Source of the DNA: Limisphaerales bacterium
Lineage (GTDB): Bacteria; Verrucomicrobiota; Verrucomicrobiia; Limisphaerales; JAKEEH01
Assembly: GCA_022616725.1 (NCBI GenBank)
Contig: JAKEEH010000149.1
Location: 4,664-68,663, forward strand
Length of the DNA: 64,000 bases
Direction: 5' to 3'
The notes beneath the pieces are model-generated. The model was not told the origin of the DNA. It was given only the letters and a program-made list of their open reading frames with translations, and did not search any database. Below are positions 10,026 through 16,625 of the stretch, one piece after another. How positions within the stretch are numbered: position 1 is the stretch's first letter; the number at the start of each line of letters is the position of its first letter. A program made the translations under genes and the position numbers.

Positions 10026-10706
10026 ATGGATTGGAACGCCCTCTGGCTCAGCGCCCGTTTGTCCGCCTGCACCTCTCTGCTCCTGTTCGTGATCGGTGTT
10101 CCGGGTGCCTGGTGGTTGGCCACCACCCGGTGGCGCGGCCGTATCTTTGTCGAAGCCGTGGTCGCCCTGCCCCTCGTGCTACCGCCAACCGTCCTGGGCT
10201 ATTACGTTTTGGTCGGTTTGGGTCCGAACAGTTTTGCGGGCCGCTGGTATGAATCGATCACGGGCGCGCTCCTCCCGTTCTCCTTTGAAGGCCTGCTGAT
10301 TGCCTCTGTCCTTTACAGCCTGCCCTTCGCCGTCCAGCCTTTTACAGCGGCATTCCGAGCCATTGATCCCCACTTGATCGAAGCCTCACTTAATGCAGGA
10401 GCTTCCCCGTCAAAAACCTTCTGGCGCGTTACCCTTCCTCTCGCGTGGCACGGGATTCTGGCCGGAATCGTCCTCAGTTTCGCCCACACCCTCGGCGAAT
10501 TTGGCGTCGTACTGATGGTTGGCGGAAACATTCCGGGCGAAACCCGCACTGTCTCCGTCGCCATTTACGACCACGTCCAAACCCTCGACTACTCCGCTGC
10601 CGCCCGCACTTCTATCTTCCTGCTCGCAATCTCCTTCCTTGTTCTCAGCATCACCTACGCCTTGCAGCGCAACTTTCGCCTCAGCCCCCTTTTGAATCCC
10701 CGCTGA
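10026..10706 (+). CDS. modB: Molybdate ABC transporter permease
   Basis: 226 aa, multi-TM, EAS..GAS-type permease loop (IEASLNAGASPSKTFWRVTLPLA), immediately after modA. No modC follows. The last 115 nt are duplicated at 11501..11615. Confidence 0.85.
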   Translation: MDWNALWLSARLSACTSLLLFVIGVPGAWWLATTRWRGRIFVEAVVALPLVLPPTVLGYYVLVGLGPNSFAGRWYESITGALLPFSFEGLLIASVLYSLPFAVQPFTAAFRAIDPHLIEASLNAGASPSKTFWRVTLPLAWHGILAGIVLSFAHTLGEFGVVLMVGGNIPGETRTVSVAIYDHVQTLDYSAAARTSIFLLAISFLVLSITYALQRNFRLSPLLNPR

Positions 10707-10727
10707 GCGTCCTGCATCTCCTCCAAC

Positions 10728-11054
10728 CTACAGTCCGGCCAATCCAAGGCCACGAATCACGCGTTCAGCGATGGCCCGGCGGCGTTCGGAGGTCACCGAA
10801 CCCCGATGGCGTTTTAGATCTTTCTTCTCCGCAGCGTAAACCAGATCGCATTTGCAGAGAGTTGGCCAATCCAGGCCATCGGCCTCATCCAGAATCACTT
10901 CATGAATCTCGGGCTTGCGCAGAGCGCGCTGGGAGGAACACAAGATGACGCTGACCCGGGGTTTGAGCTGGACGCGATCCTCGGTTGCGAGAATGACTGC
11001 CGGGTGCTCGTCGGCGTCGGGAAACTTCCAGTTCCAGACTTCCCATGGTTTCAT
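10728..11054 (-). CDS. Type II toxin, MazF/PemK-like
   Basis: 108 aa. The pattern WEVWNWKFPD..HPAVILA...VILCSS...GLDWPTLCKCDLVYAAEKKDLKRHRGSVTSERRRAIAERV matches the PemK/MazF layout (W.VDF...RP.vVlS...GL...SvvlCdQirtvdk.rl...G.ls....i..al). The start overlaps the antitoxin stop by 1 nt. Confidence 0.65.
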   Translation of the reverse strand: MKPWEVWNWKFPDADEHPAVILATEDRVQLKPRVSVILCSSQRALRKPEIHEVILDEADGLDWPTLCKCDLVYAAEKKDLKRHRGSVTSERRRAIAERVIRGLGLAGL

Positions 11055-11353
11055 CAGTCCTCCCAGGACGGCTTGCCTTGAGCGGCCGCCGCGGCAGCCT
11101 CCAGGCGCTCATCACTCTTCCCAGCCCGTTTGTAGGCTTTAGAGAGCGCGCCGCGTGGCCATGGCGCCAATGTAGTAATCTGGGCCGGCGAAATTTTGAC
11201 CGATTCGCGTTCGATAACCTCAGGCAGGTACCGGCGCAGAGTGAGCCGCACGAGATTTTGCTTCTTCTGGCGTGTGCGCTTAGCGCCCTGAGCGAGCAAG
11301 TCGGCCAGGTCGTCGTCGAGACGGATTGACATGGGCGTTGAAGCCATGATCAT
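11054..11353 (-). CDS. Ribbon-helix-helix (CopG-like) antitoxin
   Basis: 99 aa. The N-terminal MSIRLDDDLADLLAQGAKRTRQKKQNLVRLTLRRYL is a classic RHH beta-strand plus two helices. It sits upstream of and is coupled to the toxin gene. Confidence 0.65.
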   Translation of the reverse strand: MIMASTPMSIRLDDDLADLLAQGAKRTRQKKQNLVRLTLRRYLPEVIERESVKISPAQITTLAPWPRGALSKAYKRAGKSDERLEAAAAAAQGKPSWED

Positions 11354-11355
11354 AG

Positions 11356-11381
11356 TGTAGCAAAACTTGCTACATTAGCAA
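11356..11381. promoter_or_regulatory. Putative TA operator: overlapping inverted repeats
   Basis: TGTAGCAA-aac-TTGCTACA (11356..11374) overlaps TTGCTA-cat-TAGCAA (11367..11381). Both lie directly upstream of the antitoxin start (11353), the position expected for RHH autoregulation. Confidence 0.4.
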
Positions 11382-11500
11382 GCGACGACAGGGCTCCGCG
11401 CGAAAGTCGCTTTGCCGAGTCAGGCATTGGATGCTTTCTAGACGAGATATCGCGATGCGATTGGCTTGGAGTGGGTTCGCGTCAAACATTCGGGAATGGT

Positions 11501-11615
11501 CTCCGCTGCCGCCCGCACTTCTATCTTCCTGCTCGCAATCTCCTTCCTTGTTCTCAGCATCACCTACGCCTTGCAGCGCAACTTTCGCCTCAGCCCGCTC
11601 CTGAATCCGCGATAG
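11501..11615 (+). pseudogene. modB: Displaced modB 3' fragment (probable ancestral end of modB)
   Basis: 96 nt are identical to 10592..10687. The fragment then reads AGC CCG CTC CTG AAT CCG CGA TAG versus AGC CCC CTT TTG AAT CCC CGC TGA in the intact gene. Both encode SPLLNPR-stop. The fragment's stop lies 3 nt from the anmK stop (convergent). Confidence 0.7.
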
Positions 11616-11618
11616 TCG

Positions 11619-12704
11619 TTATGGCTCGGCGATTTCGCCCAGGAGCGCAGCGCGACGCGCGCCGGTCGTGCCCGGAATATTTCCTGGCAGTCGATTGAGC
11701 CGCAGCCAGGCCAAAAATGCGAAAGCGGCCGGCTCGATGGCCTGCGCCGGCCAGCCGAGGTCCTCGCACGAAAATACTTCGCAGCGCAGTTCTCCCCGAA
11801 TCGCCCCTACAAGCGTCTTGTTGGCAACGCCTCCGCCGCACAAAATTATCCGCTCCGGTGGGGATGGAAGGTGGCGTGAGTAATTCAGTTGAATGGATTG
11901 CGCGGTGAACTGGGTGAGCGTCGCCAGCAGATCGAATTTCGAGAGGCCGGCGGCCTGTTGCGAAATGCGATTGAGAAAGGCTTCGCCGAACATCTCCCGC
12001 CCTGTGCTCTTGGGCGGCTCCTTCCATAGAAACGGGTGTTTGAGCCAGCGAGTCACGAGTTTCTCGTTCGCTTTGCCGCGAGCCGCCCACGCCCCGTCTC
12101 GGTCAAATAACCTTCGGCTGCTCGTGCGCCGGGCAATCGCGAGGTCCAGCAACATGTTTGCGGGACCGGTATCGAAGGCGATCACACGCGGCTTGGGGCC
12201 GCGCCGCCAATCGAGCGACGTCACGTTGCTGATGCCGCCGAGATTATTAACGCACACGTGACGTCCTTTCTCAGCGAAAACCCGAACATGAAAAATGGTT
12301 GCAAGAGGGGCGCCCTGGCCGCCGGCGGAGATATCGCCAGCCCGAAAATTACTGACGATGGGCACTCGGAGCCCTTCTGCCAGCCAGGCCGGCTCGCCAA
12401 TTTGCAGCGTTGCGCAACGCTGGGCGTCATGGAAAACGGTTTGGCCATGCAAGCCGACACCCTGCGGCTTGCGACGTCTCCGGCGTGCGTTCCGCGCATA
12501 GAATTGGCCGAGATCGTTGTGTAGTTGGGCGAGTTCCCACGAGTGACATTCGTTCGCCGCAGCGGCGCGCAAGCGTTCCCGCAATCTGGCCGGAAAGGCG
12601 GCATGCCAGTGTTCCCGCAGCTCAACCGCACGGCGGCCAATCTCGCAAAGCGCGTAGTCCGCGCCGTCGAGACTGGTCCCGCTCATGATGCCGAGGATCG
12701 TCAA
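11619..12704 (-). CDS. anmK: Anhydro-N-acetylmuramic acid kinase
   Basis: 361 aa. MTILGIMSGTSLDGADYALCEI N-terminus and NLGGISN, FDTGPAN, CGGG motifs typical of AnmK. Confidence 0.9.
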   Translation of the reverse strand: MTILGIMSGTSLDGADYALCEIGRRAVELREHWHAAFPARLRERLRAAAANECHSWELAQLHNDLGQFYARNARRRRRKPQGVGLHGQTVFHDAQRCATLQIGEPAWLAEGLRVPIVSNFRAGDISAGGQGAPLATIFHVRVFAEKGRHVCVNNLGGISNVTSLDWRRGPKPRVIAFDTGPANMLLDLAIARRTSSRRLFDRDGAWAARGKANEKLVTRWLKHPFLWKEPPKSTGREMFGEAFLNRISQQAAGLSKFDLLATLTQFTAQSIQLNYSRHLPSPPERIILCGGGVANKTLVGAIRGELRCEVFSCEDLGWPAQAIEPAAFAFLAWLRLNRLPGNIPGTTGARRAALLGEIAEP

Positions 12705-12837
12705 AAAACTGAGTGATTAAATGTGTCACTCTCAACTCTCAACTCTGCACGCATCAGCCCCTTCTCAATCTAATCTTGCTCTTAATCTCAATCTTCGCAT
12801 CTTCGCGTCTTCGCTGTTGATTACCTCCCCATCGCAT

Positions 12838-13551
12838 TCAGCCTTCACGCACAGTGGCTGAGCTGGAAGGGCTGGCACTCAGTTGGCGGATGCCCTCGAG
12901 CACGTAAATGATCCCTGATATTCCGGTGCAAAGAGCCGCCGCCAACGAAACAAAAAACAGCCAATCGGCGCGCAGTTTCAGCAGCGTCCAGAGGATGCAG
13001 GCCATTTGCAGCACGGTGGCAGCTTTGCCGATCATCACTGGACGCACTGTCACCTTGCCGCACACATGCTGAATGATCAGCAAACCAACAATCAGCAGAG
13101 CGTCACGGCTCAAAATCGTCGTGGTAAGCCACATCGGAATACGCCCCAGGTGCGGGTCGTTTTTCATGCTCAAAAGGACAACGCCGGATACCAGGAGCAT
13201 CTTGTCCGCGAGCGGATCAAGGATTCTGCCAAGCTCACTCTCCTGCCGGTAGTGCCGGGCGATATAACCGTCGATGCCGTCACTGATGGCGGCGGCAGCA
13301 AACGACAGCACCGCGAATAACCGATACCACTCATTACCCCCTTGCACATAGTAGAGCACCTGCAGGATAAAAAAGGGCACCAGCAGAATACGCAGAATGG
13401 TAATCTTGTTTGCCGTCGTCACGGCCCCATCAGACCTGAAAGGGCCGAATTTATCAATCTGAAGCCAACGCGCCAGCCACGACTTGTGTTGGCGCGTGCC
13501 GGTTGCGTTCATAACGCTTCTGAAAAGTGTTTCACGCCAGAAGCTTGCCAA
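12838..13551 (-). CDS. CDP-alcohol phosphatidyltransferase (PgsA-like)
   Basis: 237 aa, multi-TM. Signature D-G-x2-A-R-x8-G-x3-D-x3-D is present as SDGIDGYIARHYRQESELGRILDPLADK. The exact start is uncertain (13551 or the downstream Met at 13512). Confidence 0.8.
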   Translation of the reverse strand: MASFWRETLFRSVMNATGTRQHKSWLARWLQIDKFGPFRSDGAVTTANKITILRILLVPFFILQVLYYVQGGNEWYRLFAVLSFAAAAISDGIDGYIARHYRQESELGRILDPLADKMLLVSGVVLLSMKNDPHLGRIPMWLTTTILSRDALLIVGLLIIQHVCGKVTVRPVMIGKAATVLQMACILWTLLKLRADWLFFVSLAAALCTGISGIIYVLEGIRQLSASPSSSATVREG

Positions 13552-13597
13552 ACGGCCAAATTTTGAAACAAATCAGGCCCTCTGCGGTGTCTTTCGT

Positions 13598-15041
13598 ATG
13601 ACTACACTTATGATCTGCATCTCGAATCATCGGGCACGCCTCCTCTCACGCTTTGCCCGCATTTTACTTCTCTTGATGTCCGTCGCCCCCTCGCTCCCGG
13701 CTGACGACATCGATGATTACATCGCCGCGCAACTTAAGCGACAAAACGTTCCAGGGCTCTCGCTTGCTGTCGTGAAGAATGGAAAGGTCCTCAAGGCCAA
13801 AGGCTATGGCCTGGCCAACCTGGAATGGAACATCCCCGCCACTGCCGACACCGCCTACCAACTCGCCTCGGTGAGCAAACAGTTTACCGCCACGGCCATC
13901 ATGCTCCTGGTGCAGGACGGAAAACTCCGCCTCTCCGACAGCATCACCACATTCTTTTCCGAGCTCCCCGCTGCCTGGAGCAACATCACCGTGCGGCACC
14001 TCCTTACCATGACCTCAGGCATCAAGGATTACCTCAACATCGTGCCGCGCACCGAATGGCGAAACAATTTCACCCACGAGCGCCTCCTTCAGATCATGGC
14101 TGACGCGCCGTTGGACTTCCCCGCCGGCGATAAAATACACCTACTCCAACAGCAATTACGTCCTCTTGGCGATACTCATCCAGAAACTCTCCGGAAAATC
14201 CTACGACACATTCCTTTCCGAGCGCGTTTGGAGACCGCTCCAAATGACGGCCACGCGTCGCGATAGTCCTTTCGATATCATTCCGAATCGCGCCGGCCTC
14301 TACGAGTGGAAGACAAACAAATTCGAGAATATCGACCTCCTCAACCCCACCCTGTGGAACAATGGCGACGGGGGCTTGCTCTCGACCGCGCTGGATCTCG
14401 CCCGATGGGATGCTGCACTCTGCACCGAAGACGTTCTCAAAAAGGCGACTCTGCAGCAAATGTGGACGCCCACGCGCCTGAACAATGGTCAAGAGAGCGG
14501 CTACGCATTCGGTTGGAGCTTGGGCGGTGCGCGCGGCCATCACAGCGTCGGCCACGGCGGAGGCCGGCCCGGCACTACTACTCAAATAACCCGCTTCCCC
14601 GACGACGGCCTCACAGTCATTGTGCTGATGAATGGACGCGGCAGCGCTTACAGCATCGTTGAGCGCGTCGCCGGTTACTACATCCCGGGGCTCACTCTCC
14701 ATTCAATCACACCGCAGAAAGATCCGAACCCTGAGTTCAGTCAGCGGCTCAAACAATGCCTGATGGAACTGGCCGAAAAGAAAGATTCAGCGATACTGAC
14801 CCCCGAATTTCGGAAGAACTTCAGCAATTCCCGCCGCCGTTTCGCCGCGCTCCAAAGCGACATCAAAGGCTTGAAGTCCTTCACTTTCGTCATCAGCGAA
14901 GAGCCAGGGCAACCCGAGCGCCTCGGGGTGCCGGTTGCGCGCTACTCCTCATATAGGATCGAGACTGACAACGGGCCGCGCTTCTACACCATAGCGCTGA
15001 CGGCCGACCACAAGGTGGGATGGATTGATGCTACGGATTGA
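13598..15041 (+). pseudogene. Beta-lactamase-family serine hydrolase interrupted by a +1 frameshift in an A4 run
   Basis: Track ORFs 13484..14266 and 14166..15041 are the two halves of one protein. The first half has a signal peptide and SVSKQF (SxxK) and ends LDFPAGDK. The second frame continues YTYSNSNYVLLAILIQKLSGKSYD...HGGG. Deleting one A from gataaaatac (A-run 14132..14135) restores GDKYTYSNSNY. Confidence 0.75.
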
Positions 15042-15086
15042 GTCGCAAAATCTAATATGGCCCGTATCTTCGCTTGCCCATAGACC

Positions 15087-15111
15087 GGCTGCCACGGAAT
15101 CCGTGGCAGCC
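15087..15111 (+). terminator. Hairpin downstream of the hydrolase gene (possible terminator)
   Basis: GGCTGCCACGG-aat-CCGTGGCAGCC, an 11-bp perfect stem 46 nt after the stop at 15041. It is followed by ttcctt, only a weak T tract. Confidence 0.35.
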
Positions 15112-15396
15112 TTCCTTGGCTTGTGTCCACTCCATAAGAGCGGGTCGCCAAAAACTGGGTGCGCAACCGCAGCGCTTTGTGCTCTGCCCCGCCGTAGGTT
15201 TGCTCAGCGAGTGTTTCATTCCTTCTTACACCATATCCGCCCGATCCCGCCTCTCAATTGGGGTGTTAACCCAAAAACATTGAGGTCCCCGTGCCGGGCC
15301 GGGCCGGGCCGCAGCCGCGACACAGACGCGCGCGCCAATTGAATGCTTGACCGAGACGGGAGCAGGCGTAGTGTCGGCCAAAGGAAAGGATCAATT

Positions 15397-16458
15397 ATGA
15401 AACGACTGCTTTGCTTCAGTTGCTTTCTCGCCGGTTTCATTGGTGCATCGACTCTTCAGGCCGCCACTTCGGAAGGAAAGCTCTCCGCCGACTATGAAAA
15501 GCTCTCGAAGGAATTTGACGAGAAACGTCAGGCTTACTTCAAAGCCTACGAAAACGCGAAAACCGATCAGGAACGCGAAAATCTCCCTGTTAAATATCCC
15601 GATTCAAGAGAGTACGCCAAAAAGCTACTCGCCATGGCGGAACAGAACCCGGCTGATCCCGGCGCGCTGGATGCGCTGGTCTGGATCGTGCAGAACGGCG
15701 GCGTTTACGACCGCGAGACGGGTCCAAAAGTTCTCGCGTTGCTCAAGGAACACCACCTCCAGAGCGAAAAGCTCAAGGACGTTTGCGGCCGGCTGGCTTA
15801 CGGCTCACTGAAAGAAAGCCATGACTTTCTCCAGACTGCGTTGGAGAAAAATCCGCATGACGACGTCAAAGGCGCGGCCGCTCTCGCCCTCGGCAGAAGG
15901 CTCCTCCAGGACAGCAGCAAGAATGGCGCGGAAGCAGAAAAATATTTCAATCTCGTCATCGACAAACACGGCAGCAAATCTCAAAAGAAAGCCGCCAGGG
16001 GCGAGCTATTTGAATTGCATCACCTCGCCATCGGCAAAGTTGCTCCGGAAATCGAGGGCCAGGACGTCGATGGCGACAAATTCAAGCTCAGCGATTACCG
16101 TGGCAAAGTCGTCGTCCTCGACTTCTGGGGTGATTGGTGAGGACCTTGCCGGGCCATGTACCCACACGAGCGGTCGCTCGTGAAGCGGTTGGAAGGCAAG
16201 CCTTTTGCGTTGCTCGGCATCAACAGCGACCCAAAAGACAAGCTCAGGCAGGTCCTCAAAAAAGAGAACATCACCTGGCGCTCGTGGTGGGACGGTGGCA
16301 ACACCGATGGCCCGATCGCGACGGCATGGAATGTTTCCGGCTGGCCGACGATCTACGTCCTCGATCACAAGGGCGTCATTCGCTACAAAGGCCCGCGAGA
16401 AAAAGCTCTCGACAAAGCCGTCGATACCCTCCTCGCCGAGTTGGAAAAAGAGAAGTAA
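15397..16458 (+). CDS. Candidate selenoprotein: periplasmic TlpA/thioredoxin-fold thiol:disulfide oxidoreductase with U-G-P-C redox motif (in-frame UGA at 16138..16140)
   Basis: Track ORFs 15343..16140 and 16156..16458 are in the same frame, separated only by TGA GGA CCT TGC CGG GCC. Read-through gives ...GKVVVLDFWGDW-U-GPCRAMYPHERSLVKRLEGKPFALLGINSD...GWPTIYVLD, the canonical FW..WCGPC...cis-Pro TlpA/ResA layout. The start is chosen at ATG 15397 (MKRLLCFSCFLAGFIGASTLQA signal peptide, aaggaaagga upstream). Confidence 0.7.
16145..16200 (+). promoter_or_regulatory. Putative bacterial SECIS element
   Basis: Upper hairpin CACGAGC-GGUC-GCUCGUG (16165..16182; 7-bp stem, GGUC apical loop) lies 24 nt after the UGA. 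It is enclosed by a lower stem CUUGCC/GGCAAG (16145..16150 with 16195..16200). The E. coli fdhF SECIS also has a GGUC apical loop at a comparable distance. Confidence 0.55.
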
Positions 16459-16625
16459 CGGCGTCCCTCAGAGAACTTCTCATTGACACTCTGAACTTGG
16501 CGGACGCCGGGCTTCTGCCCAGCTTGGCTCTCCATCTGTCCTTGCTGTCCTCTTGTCCAGCCTTCCATCCTGGCTTGTCACTTGGGAAAGCAGGTGAGCA
16601 GCACCACGGAGTCGAAACGGCGTGT

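Larger units (their letters stand above)
10707..11500. mobile_element. Inserted toxin-antitoxin cassette bounded by a duplicated modB 3' end (no integrase or transposase present)
   Basis: The segment lies between two copies of the modB 3' end. These are 10592..10687 and 11501..11596 (96/96 identical), continuing to each stop codon with only synonymous changes. The segment carries only the two TA genes and their operator. Confidence 0.5.

Noticed and set aside
15294-15312. (CCGGG)3 pentanucleotide run upstream of the selenoprotein gene
   Set aside because: It is short and in GC-rich intergenic DNA, so it is most likely chance or a trivial microsatellite. It has no positional relation to the promoter or start.
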